A DNA stretch of 64,000 nucleotides from Camelus dromedarius (GCF_036321535.1 NC_087436.1:120158001-120222000); one strand, 5' to 3'; shown: positions 26,481 through 40,410, counted from the first letter of the stretch. Made by a program: numbers and translations. The notes: generated from the sequence alone by a model not told the origin.

Positions 26481-28767
26481 GTACAGAGTATTTTCACACA
26501 TATTACCTCACTGACTCTTGCAAAAAAAAAAAAAAAGAAAAAAAAGAAAACCTTTCGAGGAAAGCATAACAGAGAAGGGAGGTCATCCAGTGACCCCGTG
26601 TGACCTGTCCAAATTCAGCGCGCTGGGCGGTGGGGAGAGAACAGAGCCTCCAGCTGCGTGTCCTGGTTAACACAGTGCTTCCTCCCTGCACTGTCTGCGT
26701 GCCCACCGGGCCCCTCGGGGCTGAAACAGCTGCCAGCATAGAGACGTGAAACTGCACCAGGAAACGACCAAGACGCAGGCACGTGTCCTGTTTTCCAGGG
26801 ATGACACGTCCCTCTCCCTTCAGCCGCGAAGGCAGAAACCAGATCCTGTTCCCAGAGTCGAAAGCAATGTGTTTGGTTCCTGGCAGGTCATCTTTCGGGC
26901 TGAACGAGCAGGAGATCATCCCATAAAATTATGGTTAGACTTCTCAAAACAGAAGTGTGACTTTTATAGAAAAATCTATTCTACTTGGGAGAAAGGTCCA
27001 GTAAAGCCACAAAAGGATAACACAGTCAGTCATACAGTGACAAATTCAGTTCATCTGTCCCAAAGTGAAACCCCAACGCCCTCAGGGCACACAGCTGCTT
27101 TTCTGAGCTGAAATTAAACCCAAACTGAAAAAAAGGTCAACTTTTCTAAAAAGATTTCTTTTGCAAATGTCTTAAGCACAAATTCCTTTTACTCTCTTGT
27201 CATTTTCCAGACTTAACACCTCTGCCGGCCTTTCCTTCACCTCGGCAGCGAGCACCAACTGCGTGCCGGCTACGACGCAGACACCAAGTAGCGCTGTGGA
27301 CAACAAAGAGGACATGTGGCCTGGCCACACCCTGGAGGAGCTCACACTGGGGAACGGAAGATTCTACACCATGGTTTCAAGACAGTATGCTAACTGCTCT
27401 GACTGGCTCCAGCCTGGGCCCTCACTGGCTTAAATTAAAAAGAAAAGCACCTAGCACACAGCGTAGCCTATTTCTAGAAGGTGAGTGATGCTCCGGTCAG
27501 TCCTAGCCGGGGTGTGGAGGTTAGCACAACGCAGACTCCCCCAGGGGAGAGCTCATTCAGCAGGTTAACATACACACAGCGTGGAGGTGGAGGTGGAGGT
27601 GGAGGAGGCCCCGACACAAGGCCAGTCTGGGGCCTTCAGTAGCGACCATGCAGCGGGGAGGAAGGAGACAGAGAACAGGAAATCTAAAGGCCCCGCAATG
27701 AGCCAAAGCCTCCCGGGATCCCCTCCCCAGATGGGGAGGGCAGTCACAGACGACTCACTGACCTGTGCCACTACAGGGTACAGATTGTTGGTGTGACAGC
27801 AAGGAATAAACAGGGTCATCGAGGCCCAAGAGTCTATTCCCAACTCTGCTACTAACTCAGTCTGTGACCTTGGTGAAGGCTCCTCACTTCTGTGAGCCAC
27901 ACAAAATCATCAGAAAACAGAAGACATGAAAACTGACCCGCTTTCTTCACAGAACTGCTGAGGGGGTAAAATGAGATCATGGGTTTAAAATTTCGTGTGG
28001 ACTCTGAAGTAAAACGCAAATGTAAGAAACCATTATTACTGCTAGTAACAACTATGTAAAATCAAGTCATGGCCAGCGCCCTTTCCTCCTGCTTCTCCCA
28101 ACCAAAGGTGATCTGCGGTGCAGCTGGTCTGCAGGCGACCTGAGGGCCCGGGGCTCGGGGTACCTTGAGCAGCTCTAGACGTGGACCCCATCACTCCCTC
28201 CAAGCGGCAGTGAGCTCTCCCAGAGAACCACACGGGCACGCGAGGCCACGTTTCAGCTTCTCAGAGGGCCCAAAGCCACCCAAATCTAGACCGGAGCTCC
28301 ACAGGGAAAGGGTGTATACACTCCGATGTGTGCTCAGTTACAACACATGTGGACGTCGAATGATGATACTCCATTTCCTGCGCTTAAGCCGGAGAAATCA
28401 TGCTGAGGTGGAATCGTGAAAACCGTACTCAAAGGAGAGAATTGGCGAATTCTGCTTCAGTGCGCTCGGGAGAGCCTTCAGGGCTCAGCTCTCTGCCTCC
28501 CTCCAGCTGATTCCACCCACGCTCGGACCCCAATCGCTTCTACTTATACCAAGGGAACTTAATATGAGTGCGGACCCTCACAGATCAGCACAGCCCACCC
28601 GCTGATGCTTCTCCTCGAGCTCACTAATGGTGACCTTCACCCAAAATTAGGCTGCAAAGTCCCAGTAAATGCAGGTAAATGAGTCCCCAGTTGCCATGCT
28701 CTTCTCCACTCCTGAGGAAGGTGGGCTGAAAGGATGAGTCTCAGAGTCAGAACTCAAAGAGGCCTTC

Positions 28768-29078
28768 AAAAAGATTGCCTTAGCAGTTTGGGGTCTTTTA
28801 TGGTTCCATATGAATTTTGGAATTGTTTGTTCTAGTTCTGTGAAAAATGTTGTGAGTACTTTGACAGGGGTTGTTGCACTGGATCTGCGGATGGCTTTGG
28901 GTAGTATGGCCATTTTGATAATGTTGATTCTTCCAATCCAAGAGCACAAGATAGCTTTCCATTTCTTTGCATCATCTTCAATTTCCTTCATCAATGTTTT
29001 ACAGTTTTCAGAGTATAGCTAACCTCCTTGGTTAAGTTTATTTCTAGGTATTTTGTTCTTCTCGATACAATGGAAATA
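28768..29078 (-). mobile_element. L1 ORF2 fragment
   Basis: Translates [34 protein letters not shown]...[20 protein letters not shown], an L1 ORF2 signature. Confidence 0.92.
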
Positions 29079-29134
29079 TTTATGCCCATTATAAAATTCT
29101 GGTTTTTAAAGTGGGAAAAAAAAGTGAATGAAGG

Positions 29135-29315
29135 GTTACAAATGGCAAAATATCTTTCTTTCTTACGGGTGCGCTGTATTCCATTACATATGTATGTATG
29201 CTGCATCTTCTTTATCCATTCATCTGTTGATGTGCACTTAGGGTGCTTCCATATCTTGACAATTATAAATAATGTTGCTGTTAATAGTAGGGCGTATTAT
29301 CTTTTTTAATTAATT
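29135..29315 (-). mobile_element. L1 ORF2-end / 3' UTR fragment
   Basis: catcttctttatccattcatctgttgatg...cacttagggtgcttccatatcttg. Confidence 0.85.
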
Positions 29316-30739
29316 CTTATTTTGTGGTTGGCTTTATTCTTTTGATAACTATGTAAGTTTAAAAAGCAAAAGCTCTCAATGTTCTTAGAAACAATGAACA
29401 GTACATATATGTAAGTTTTTAAAAATATGTGCAATATATTGGGTATATGGATTTACATGCAATACATTGTATATGTGCAGTCAAACTGTAACAATTCTAC
29501 TTAATAAAACTGAAGAATGAAAAAAAAAGGCCTTCAACATCAGAGCGCCCCCCTTCCTTGCACAGCTGAGCGCTCCAGTGCCCAGACGGGAAGCAAGGAG
29601 CTGGTTAGTGACACTGCCACAACTAAGACCTGCTCACCTGAGCCCTGGCCCACAACTCCGCAGCAAGACAAGCCCGTGTCTTTCCTCCTAATGAAGGAAA
29701 GAAAAATGAGGCGCAGGCAAAAGCCTTTCACGCCATACTAGAGCCACCGGGGAGTCAACTTAGCACCTACTTAACGGTAGGTGTGCCCTATAAAAATATA
29801 TGAGCTCAACTATGTAATGAGTGACTTCAGTTGTGTTAGGACTTGTTACCCGCGTTCACAAAACACAAACCCTGCTCTGCTGTGAGCACACCTGGTGTAC
29901 CCATTTGTCGTATTCCTTCCCATGTTATATTCCAGCCGTGTGTCCATCCACCCGACCAGACCGCCTATTCATGAGCGCAGCAGGGGTCAGATATCATCTT
30001 CCTGTCCCCTGTGCCCAGCCCAGAAGATATTCAGTAAATGATTACTGAACTAAGTTAGCTACTAAAACATTTTCAACTTGCATTAACAGAACTGATTTAC
30101 TGAGCTGGGTTGACGCAGATCTCATACCATGCAGCTGAAATCTTGCCAATTTACCCTGCGTTCTGCTGGATTAACATCCGCTAAATATTTAGTGATCAGC
30201 TAATATGTGCTGGACAACGCTAAGTGCGGAGGACGCAGCAGTGACAAGAACCACAATAGCCCTCGTGCTAATAGAACTTAGGGGTCTAAGAGGAACAGAT
30301 GAAAACAGTATTAGATAGATGGGAGAGCTAAGAAGAAAAAGCACAGGAAGCACCTACCCTTGCCTGGACAGTAAGTAAATCTGAGCGCTTCCTACAGCGT
30401 AAGATCGTATCCCCCAAGGCTACTAAATGAAGCCACAGTAAAAGGATTCCCTCGGTGCCAGAACTCACCGCAGGAGTGTTCGGGAAGAAACCAAGGAAAC
30501 AAATGGAGCCCCAGGACTGTTCATCACACAGATTAAAATCAGCTTTCAGGAGCCAAGTTCCAACTGTGAAATCCCTTGGCTGCACTCATTGGAAGCAAGG
30601 AGTTCAAGAGGTCAATATTTAAGTGGTGATTTAACCCTACCAGTTAAAACTGAAGAAATCCTTGTGCTAAGGATGAAGTATCCGGGACAACTTGATTGGC
30701 TTTGACTGTATATATTAAAAAGGTATGACGACAGCTTTT

Positions 30740-30960
30740 TACAGCATAGTAACAGCAACTTCACTGAGCACTGACTGACTGACCGCGTGCGGGCGCAGGT
30801 GCTGAGCTGCGCACTCGGTATACGTGTTTGCACTTAAACCTCAAAGCCGTCCTGTGAGACGATGACACTTGTCCCATTTTATAGATGAAGTGAGGTTTAG
30901 ACAAGTTTAAAAACTTTCCCCCAATAGCACAGCTCGCCAGCAAAACCCAGGCAGCCTGAC
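30740..30960 (-). mobile_element. MIR SINE (GC-enriched)
   Basis: cccattttatagatgaag core preceded by a GC-shifted MIR tail. Confidence 0.65.
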
Positions 30961-33900
30961 CCCACAGCCCTTCCTCAAAGAGGTAACATTTACCAGCACT
31001 GGGCCCGGAGCTGGAACAAACCAGAGGGAAACAAATACCTACACAGCGCTTCACACCCAGATGGCCCCAGGCCCACCACGCCGGACTGACGTAGCTCTCC
31101 GCGTGACTCGGTGTCAGGTTACTATTCCATGACGAACTAAGGAGAACAGGTAGACACTGGAATAAACTGGATGTCTGGTAAACATACTCGTGGTAAATAA
31201 TAGCAGGATGTGGCATTTTTGTAATTTCCACGTCTACTAGCACAATGTTCTTTAGTCACCCCACAGCACCCAACACTGTTCTGGGCTAGTGAAAGCAGAA
31301 GACGCTTGTATAACCTGGGACTGCACTCACCTTGGACAGCGGTTCTCAGCCTTCACCGACTACCATCACCACGTGGGGCTCTTGTCAAACTTAAGAGATG
31401 CCCAGGCTCTGTTGCTGGGGACTGTATTTCAGTGGTGTGGAGCGAGCCCCCAGCTGCAGCTAGGGTGCAGGCCACAGCCCCAACACACACACTTCCGCCA
31501 GGGGCAACAACGCGCAGGGACATTCTAAGCGCTAGGAATGGACGTCGAGTAAGACAAGTCAGGCTCAAGCCCCTGAAGTGTTCACAGTTCTCTCCGCTCT
31601 TAGGATAAAGGAACCAATGCCAGAGATTTACTCCAGTCCAAACCAAATAAACTCCCAGGTGAAAAAATACTCTTGCATAAGTTTACATTCAAAACAACTT
31701 CCTTTACGTTTCCTGTCAGTAGCCAGGGATTAACTGAGCTATGGGAACCCTGCATGAAAGACAAATGCCGGGCTGGGCCATCCGCCATACTGAAAGTGCA
31801 CCCTCCCCTGGAAAGGTGAACAGCACACTGTAGACTTACTGTTTTGTCAAGGATGGAAACAGAAAAGCAGCAAAACACAGACAGCTGAGCTGCTGGAGTC
31901 AAGGGACTGAGGACTCCAGTCCTGGCCCCGGGGCCAGTTAGCAACGTCACCTTAGGTAAGTCCATTCTCCTCTCTGATCACACCGCCAACAGTCAACTGA
32001 GAAGGTCACGTATACAAAGACAGGTGTTACTCCAAGCTCCAGAGTCAACAGGGATAAAACGGAATTTCTGCCACTGACCTGTAAAACAGCTGAAGGACCT
32101 TTTCCCATTCTGAAGAAATCAAAAGTGAAGGCAGAGAAGCCAGCCTCCATGCTACTCAGAGCTGGGACAGCAGAACACGCGCTCTGATTCCCGACCCAAC
32201 AGTGAGGGAGCAGAATCAAAAGGAGGACCGCAGATTGACTGATTGATTCATTCATTCATTCTGCAAATATCTGAAGTGCACAGGCGCCTCACTGCCCCAG
32301 TTCAAGCCATTTCCTTCAGGTCCCCTAAACTGCCGCGCGCATTATTACGCTGTCTTATCCAACCGTCAGGGAAACTCCCTGCTGCAGATCACTGTTACAG
32401 ATGAAACTCAGTGCACCCTAAAGAGGGCAAAAGACGTTTTGGAGAGAACCCCACCCTGTGTCCCTCCGAGTCTCTCTTCAGTAAGCAGTGCCAGGCCGGG
32501 CAGCGGGGAGTGGACGCCCTCCCCTCACTTTTGCAGCCCCCTGGCTGACCCAGCATTCCCCAGAAAGCCATCAAGTCCTGGCAGCTCTGTCCCACGGGCT
32601 GTTTTGAGGCCACAAAAGCCATAAATGTACTGGACTAACACAGTCCATCTGCTTCTGACAGATCTTTTCCTTTTTATGCTGGTCACTTCTGTGAGCAGAT
32701 GGGTTAAGAAAGGCTTTGGCAAGTTCCCAGGAAGCTCTCCCCCCTGCCCCTGTCCCGTGGGCTGCGGACTGGCTGGCTCGGCAGCAGCGAGCTCCCTGCG
32801 CATTCCCGGCCCTGAAGCACTGAGCGAGGCCACCAAATATAGGCAGGAAAGAGCCGCCTCCTTTCAGGCCACGGGTGGGGGAGGGGTGTCCCCTGGGGCG
32901 TCTCTAAGTCGGCAGTAAAACCGACTGTGAGCTATCCTGGGCCTCCCCGGTGTCAAAGGAGGCACAACACGCAGGCACCCACTGGTGTCACCAGGCAGAG
33001 CCACAAACGTGCTTTAAAGAGTTTCATACAATTACTCCAGAAATGCTGTTTACACGACGTCACCCCTCACGTGTAGGCAACGCTTGACGTTGCAAAGTAT
33101 TTCCGCCACGAATCTCATCTGCTCCGCCCAGCGACCCTGTGTGCTCTGTAGAGTGTGTTTCGTTACTCCCCTTTCTTCAGAGGATGAAACTAAAACTCAC
33201 AGAAGTTAAGTAACTCTTTCAGAACATCCAGCTAGTATTCGAGCCAGAACAAGAGGCCTCTTGATTCTAGAACCAAGACTGTTGCCGACATTCCACGGGC
33301 CCCTCCAGGGATTCTTGCCTGTTCTTAGAAACGAGCAGGTTTGTCTCCCTCGAGTCCTCAGGATGCCGAAGGATACGGGATAGCGCTTCTAACAAAACGC
33401 ATGCACTTGTCTGAGACAGGCTCATAGAGTTCATTTGTGTTTTGGAAAGATCATTCTAGTGGTGATGTGGAAATGAAGTGCAGAAAGTATTCTATGACGA
33501 GGAAGAGAAAGAATGAAATCCTTGATAGTTCAAACGCATCAGGATGTGGTGCTAGCCCAGGGCCGTTAACAGTGAGGCTAGAGACAGAAAAAAAATGCAT
33601 TCGAAAGAAATGGTACAGTGAGGCCCAATTCGACGCACAGACGTGAAAGAAAGGTTGTAAGAATGGTGGAGGTTTCTTGGCTGAAAGACTGAGGAATAAG
33701 GACGCTGTTAACTAAGTAAGGGGCAGGAGGAGAGGGTTTGGAAGAAAGACGTGGATATGTCGGATTTGAGATGCAGGAGCAACTCAAGCTGGGAACACAC
33801 TTAATCCTTTTTGATTTCCAAAGTCTAGCATAGACGCTTAATAGACGTTTGCGGAAGAGACAAGGTGACAGAAGGGAAGTAAATAAACAGGGTAGGTGCG

Positions 33901-34831
33901 ACCATTAGAGAGCTAGTCTCGAGACACTGGAGGCTGGGACAGAAACTGGGTAATCATCCATAGGTGAAGTTCACTGACTCCTTTTTCTAGCCAACAACTA
34001 TCTGAGCGCCTGCATGTGCCGGACGCTACTCCAGACCCGGCAGAGCCCTGCTATAAACAACTGGGGCTCAGAACTGAACAAGGGAGGCCAATACTAACCA
34101 AACAACCAGTCAGTGCATCGCAACAGAAAGAAGTGCAGTGAGGGAACAGCAGTCAGTAGTCGTGGCTAAAGCTCATTCACCTTTTCTGCTTTTTAATGTG
34201 CACCAGTCTGTGTTCAGATACCACTGTCAAGGTAAAGCGCCTTCAACCCTCCAGAGTATCCTTAGAATCATTCAGAATCATTTTATCAAAACAAAAATTC
34301 TGATCCCATAGGTGGGGGCATGATAATTTGCATCTGTCACTGACTCCCAGGTGATAGAGATGCACTGGCCAGAGGACCACACCTGGGGAGGACGGGGAGG
34401 TGGGAAATGGGGCTAGCCCGAGACAGGGTTTTAGGAAGAGTCTTAATGCCAAAGAGCCAGTTACCCCAGCCGCCAACTCAGTACTTGACTTTGATCAAGT
34501 CATCTAACTTCTCTGAGTTTTGGTTTCCTGACATCAAAATGAGGACAATCACTGTGACCATAGTCTTCAGAAGGAAAGCAAACTAAACGTGTGGTGAAGG
34601 AAACACTACATTTTTTAAATTTATGGTAATTTCTGAAGGGTGGGGTTGGAGTGATTTTTTAAAGCATTTATATGTGTACTTTTCTGCATTGCTAGATCTC
34701 TTTATAACATGCACATAAAATTTTAGAAGAACCTTAATGATTTTCAAAAAGCCAAGAGTCCTTATTTAAATTCTCTAGAAGAGATTTCCAGTGGATAATG
34801 AAATCAATTGAATGCTTGGCAACCAGAATAT

Positions 34832-36465
34832 TTTTAATAATTAAAGTTATTTTGAAATAATTGTAGATTTACATGCAGTTATAAGAAATAAGAAGAAATC
34901 CCATATATTGTTTACTCAGTTTCTCCCAGTGGTCACATCTTGCAAAACCACAGTACAGTTGCACACCAGGATACTTGCATCCATAATGCAGTCAAAATAC
35001 AGAACATTTTCATCACCACAAGGATTCCAATGTTGCTCTTTTACAGTCACTCTCACTTCCCTCCCACCTCCTTCCCACTCCTTAACTCCTGGCCCACCAA
35101 TCTGTTCATCATTTCTGTAATTCTGTCATTTCAAGAATGTCATATAAATGGAATCATACACTCTGTAAACTTTGGGAATTGGCTCTTTTTGTTGTTGTTG
35201 TTCAGAATAATCCTCTGGAGATTCACTCAGGTTGTTGCATGGATTAATGTATTCCTTTTTATTGCTGAGTAATATTCCATGGGATGGCTGTACCATGTCC
35301 TTCAGGGACAAACCTACTCACCTCCTGAAGGACATCGGGGTTGTCTCCAGTTTCTGGCTATTATGAATAAAGCTGCTATGAACATTTATGTCCAGGTTTT
35401 TGTGTGAACAGAAATATTTGTTTCTTTGGGATACATCAGCCCAGGAGCGTGACTGCTGAGTCTTATGGTAGTCACCTGTTTAGTTTTTTTGTTTGTTTGT
35501 TTGTTGGGTTTTGTTTGTCTTTTTAAGTAACTGCTAAACTGTTTCCCAGAGTGGCTATGTCATTCTATATTCCCATCAGCCCCGTATGAGGGATCTAGTT
35601 TCTCTAAATCCACACCGGCATTAGGTGGTGTCGATATTTTTTATTTTAGCCATTCTAGTAGGTGTGTAGTGAGAGCTTGCGGTCTTCATCTGCAGTTTCC
35701 TGACAGCTAATGATGGTGAACATCTTTTCATGTGCTTATTTCTCATCTGTACACCCACTTGGATGAAATGTCTCTTCACGTCTTTTACTCGTTTCCTAAT
35801 TGAATTGCTTATTTGACTGCTGAATTTTAAGAGTTTTTAAAAATATATTCTAAATACCAGTCCTTTGTCATATATGCAGTTTGGAAATATTGTCTCATGG
35901 TCTGGACCTTGTCTTCTCGTCCTCTTAACACAGTCTTTTTTTTTTTTCCAGCAAGGTGACAAACATGTTTGTTTATTCATTTACTTATTTTTATTGAAGT
36001 ATAGCTAAATTAAGTATTATATTAGCTTAAGATGTGCAGCATAGCAATTCACTGTTTGTATAGATTAGACTCCTTTTAAGGTGTCATGAAATACTGGCTG
36101 TGCTCCCTGCGCCACACAGCATGTCCCTGTAGCTTATTTCTTTCACACAGAGTAGTCTGTGCCCGAATCCCCAGCCCGTCGGGCCCCTCCCCCTTCCCTC
36201 TTCCCAGTGGTAATCAACAGTCTTTAGCAGAGCAAGGGTTTTCAATTTTGATGAAATCTAATTTATTAGTTTTTCCCCTCATGGACTGTGCTTTCAGTGT
36301 CGAGTCCAAGTAAGAATTATTTGCCTAGCCCTAAACTTCAAAGATTTTCTATGTTTTTTCCCCAGAGTATTATAGTTTTACATTTTACATTTAAGTCTGT
36401 GCTCCATTTTGAGTTAATTTTTGTATAAGGTGTGAGGTTTAGGTCAAGGTTCATTTTTTTGGCCT
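34832..36465 (-). mobile_element. L1MC-type 3' region containing a nested younger L1
   Basis: ttattttgaaataattgtagatttacatgcagttataagaaataa terminus; tcaagaatgtcatataaatggaatcatac; ttgagttaatttttgtataaggtgtgag. Confidence 0.88.
35939..36216 (-). mobile_element. Younger L1 3' end nested in L1MC
   Basis: tttattgaagtatagc...tccctgcgccacacagca. TSD acagtcttt at 35930-35938 and 36217-36225. Confidence 0.82.
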
Positions 36466-37366
36466 TTAATTTTTTAACGAAATTAAAATATGCTAGTGCC
36501 TCATCTATGTTAGAGGCAAGTCTTTCTTTGTGAGGCTTTAATTCCAATTACATAATGAACAATGTAAAATGTCCAATTTGAAAGTTTGAAAAGTATGACT
36601 CTAAGTATTCTTCCCTAATATTCTGGTTTCTACCTATGAGATCAGATACCGCTGACAGAAGTAGCACAAGCAAAGCCTGAACAACAGCTAAAATTGTGTA
36701 ATAATGAAAACAATTAGCATGTGTCTATTAATTAGGGTTTTATTTCCCATTAATTGTGGGGGGAAAGGGCATCACTATAAAGCCCTGGGACTGGATAATA
36801 ACTACCTGTATCCAAAGCCAGTCTGCAGTGTTATTTCCCTCTGCCGTAAAACGCAAGGCTGAAATCTGAACTTTCAAATACTTCACACTTAAGGAAGGCA
36901 GGAAAGTTTAGTTCGAGTAAACGTCTAAGGTCCATAACAAAGATGCAAAAAGGCTGGCTACGTCACGGCCATCCCAGCCCAAGTGTGAGTCTTGGCCTCC
37001 CGGAGGTACAAGCCCATTTTGGAATCAGACCATCCGTCTGACTCAGACCATCTGGGCTGGGTTCTACTTTGCCACTTCCCAGCTGTGTGACTCTGGGAGG
37101 GTCCCTCAAGCACTTTGAGCTAAACACCCTCCTCATTAATTGGGGATAAGCACCATCTTATGTCAGTTGGTTCACTGCGAGGTTTGAAAGCCACTTCTCA
37201 ATGCGTGGCCCCTCGCTAAGAGTAGCTGTTATCATCACTGAAGGCAAGTGAAAACTTTCTCACTTTCCCAGGCTCAGTCTGCTCACAATTAGCAAAGAAC
37301 AGCAAATGAAGGAAACCAAAATATTTGCTCAGTTTTCAATAAGAAATGTTTAAAAAAAGAAAAAGT

Positions 37367-37510
37367 GGGGGAGTGTATAGCTCAGTGGTAGACTGTGTGC
37401 TTAGCATGCACAAGGTCCTGGGTTCAATACCGAGTACCTCCATTAGCCAAATAAATAAATAAATAGACTTAATTACCTCCCCCTCCAAAAAAGAAAAAAA
37501 AAAAAAAAAA
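37367..37510 (+). mobile_element. Camelid Vic-type tRNA-derived SINE
   Basis: gggggagtgtatagctcagtggtaga (A box) ... ggttcaatacc (B box), (TAAA)n, then aattacctccccctcc and poly(A). Same body as the copy at 15.5 kb. Confidence 0.9.
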
Positions 37511-38646
37511 CAAGAGAGGAGGAGAATCACGAGAAGGGGCAGAGGAAGGCCGGGGTTCTGGAGCCTCGCGAATGCCAGGACACCCACCAAAGACCCTGTT
37601 CACCTGGACAGTCGTCAGAGACTGCCACATGTGGAGGGGTACTTCCTCACAGCCGGCTTCCTCTATTCAAAACCCGGTCTCCCAAGGTGTTCAGAAATCC
37701 CGAACACCTTGAAACGGGCGGTGTGCTTTAGATAGGAGAGCTACAATTTCCTTAAAGAAACCACAGCACAAAAAGTGACCCACAGAGGAGGTACCGACTG
37801 CTATAAATACTTGGTGGCAAAAGCTGATGTCATGCCTTTTGTACAGGAGACACCCAAATAAAACCTGCCAAAATAGCGGAGACAGCCTACAGCAGAAAGC
37901 CAGCGCCACTGCCACCGCAGACCACTGTGTACGAGTCTGATGCCATCCCGTCAGAGGAACATCATAACCCAGTGACGGATGACCCGGAGCACCAGTCCCC
38001 TGACTCTGTGCCATTTCCTTCCACATTTCCTAAAGCTTTCTGGTGGCACTTACACAACACAGGTATCAACCAGCAAACTGCCAGGCCTTGCTCTAACGCC
38101 TGCAGCCCCCCAGCCAAACCCAGAGACAAGTGACAAATTTTCTTCCAAGTGAGAAAGAGCAGGGAAGTCTGATCCAGCACAACCAGCATCAAATCCACTT
38201 ACTGCAGGCAAATCACTCTAGTCCCTGGGTGACTCCCCTCCCCTAGGAGTTGGGGGTGAGAGCACGCCAGCTGGAGAGGCACGAACCTTTGAGGCCATGA
38301 CTCAGACACTTTTAAATAATGGTCTCTCAGTCTCAGGCAAGCCAGAATCAAAACTAAAATCAAATACCTCTGAACACTGTATGTACCAGTACAGGAGCTA
38401 GGGCCAGACTGCGGCAAACATGGATGTCGCCAGGACAGTCCAGAGACCCTGTCTGAGCCCTCTGCTCCCCAACAGGGCCCTCCCTCCCTGCGCTAGCGGG
38501 GCCCCAAGCCTGTGAACTGTCTCCCCCTTACCCCGTCTCAAACACGCCTTCAGGAAAAGCTTCTGGGACAGCACCCAACACACAGGATGCAGTCAATAAA
38601 TACCTCCTGAAATGAGTGAATGCAAATTACTCTAATTTAGCAAGAA

Positions 38647-38852
38647 TTTTTTTTTAAATTGAAGCGTAGCTGTGCTAGTGTTAGGTGCACAGCAAAGTGA
38701 TTCAGCCATACATACACTTATACATATATTCCTTTTCATATTCTTATAGGCTGTTACAAGATACAGAACATAGTTCCCTGTGCTACACAGCAGGTTCTTG
38801 TTGTTTTTCTATTTTATATACAGTAGTGTATATACGTTAATCCCAAACCCCT
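38647..38852 (-). mobile_element. Artiodactyl L1 3' end
   Basis: tttaaattgaagcgtag...cagcaaagtgattcag...atagttccctgtgctacacagcagg. Confidence 0.85.
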
Positions 38853-39935
38853 AGAAGATGAATGTAGAATTTCCACACCTTAAGAATAAAGAGAGCTATC
38901 TGGAATTTGTTGGAAAGGCTATTTCACACAGTGTTATTTGATTCCTACATCATAAATAAATAAGTATGCATTTATCTACACACAATATGATAAATATTGA
39001 TAAAATGTGAGTTATATTATTCAGCTTATATATATGGGAAATTTGACAATATCAAAATAACCATGTACAATTTGTTTGGACTAAATTTATAATTTGGTAT
39101 CAATAGTCCATATGTGGGGGTCACCCTTCTCTGGATGACAGCAAAACCCAGTGACTTTAGAAGCAGATTTGATGCTGCCACTATCACAGATGAAGGAAAG
39201 ATAATTTAATTAACAAGAGAGAAAACATCATTGCTGAACTGTACTTGTACCCCAAAACAATCTTCTAAGACAATTAACTGAACACAAAAGACCTCCTCAA
39301 ACTAAAAGGTTACTAACAAAGTTCCCTTTCTTGTCCCAAGAAAACTGTAACCCTTAAAGACAAATGGCCTGAACTGCTCCCTTAGAATATATCTCTACAT
39401 CAAAAGGGCTGGAACATCAAAAGACAATTTAAATGTTTTGAGAGTAAAGAGCAGAAACATCTGCATTATCTTCACTGCCTTTTCAGGACTGTCCTAGACT
39501 CTCAGTAAAAAATTCTCTAAATCTGAAAATTCTCTCCCCCTCACCAAAAAAGGCTTACAATCCAGGAAAGGGACTAAATAGAACATATGTTTTATTTAGA
39601 TACAATACACTATGCATATGATATATATATATAATTATTATTCTATTTCAACACTATATATATTATATATATATGGTTTTATACTGGCTTGCCTTCAAAG
39701 AAAACAAAAATTGACATTAGAAGCCTAAGGCCAGTTCACAGCTTAACTTTCTACTATGAGTCCCACCTAATCTCTCTGAGCTTCAGTTTCCTCGTCTTGA
39801 ACACAGGATCAAGCCCAATAGTCTACAGTCACTCTGATATTTCAGTATGAAAAACCTCTTCTAGGAGACACGACATCTAAAAAGTTCCTAACATATCTAA
39901 TTTGGTATTTAATATTTTTACCAACTAAAGAAGGA

Positions 39936-40410
39936 TGACGATAATATATAAACGGACAACGGCCAGACCGTATGAAGGCAGAGCGCTGACCCGCAGCCCG
40001 CGGCCGCGCCCAGGGAGCCGGCCTGCTGTGAGTCAGGCTCGCGCGAGGTCAGGCTCCTGTCTCCAGCAACACCCCAGGAGCCGGACAGTAACCCCTGTGA
40101 CAATCGGCCAGGATCCGATCAGTAACGGACGACGTCCGTAATCGTCCTGCTTCCAACTCAGACCCCAGAAGGCCCAACCTGCCCCTGACCAGTCACCTGG
40201 GTTGCCCGCTTTTCTGGTAGCCAGGTCCCCTGAGGCCCCCAGCCCCCATCAGGCACCCTGAGCCCCCTCTTCTCCCCTGGGAAGCTCTCTACTCCTCTGC
40301 CTGCTTCTGTGTCTCTGCCAAGCGCAGTGACGGTGGCCAACTCCCTTGCTACAAGCCAGCTCTGAATAGTTTTGCCTTTTTCATGTGGCTGGTCTTCGTC
40401 TAGTTCTACA
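39936..40410 (+). mobile_element. ERV1 solo LTR (MER34/MER39-like), CpG-enriched
   Basis: TG...CA termini, near-TSD agga / aaga; internal ctcctctgcctgc...tctctgccaagcgcagtgacggtggc...ctcccttgctac...ctctgaata. Confidence 0.75.

Noticed and set aside
27581..27608. (GGAGGT)n run encoding EVEVEVEE
   Set aside because: Short simple repeat with no exon context.
28647..28994. 115-aa ORF with real protein similarity
   Set aside because: It is an L1 ORF2 remnant, not a host gene.
37367..37442. tRNA-like gene with A and B boxes (also 15500-15578)
   Set aside because: Both continue into a shared non-tRNA body and poly(A), so they are SINE heads and not tRNA genes.
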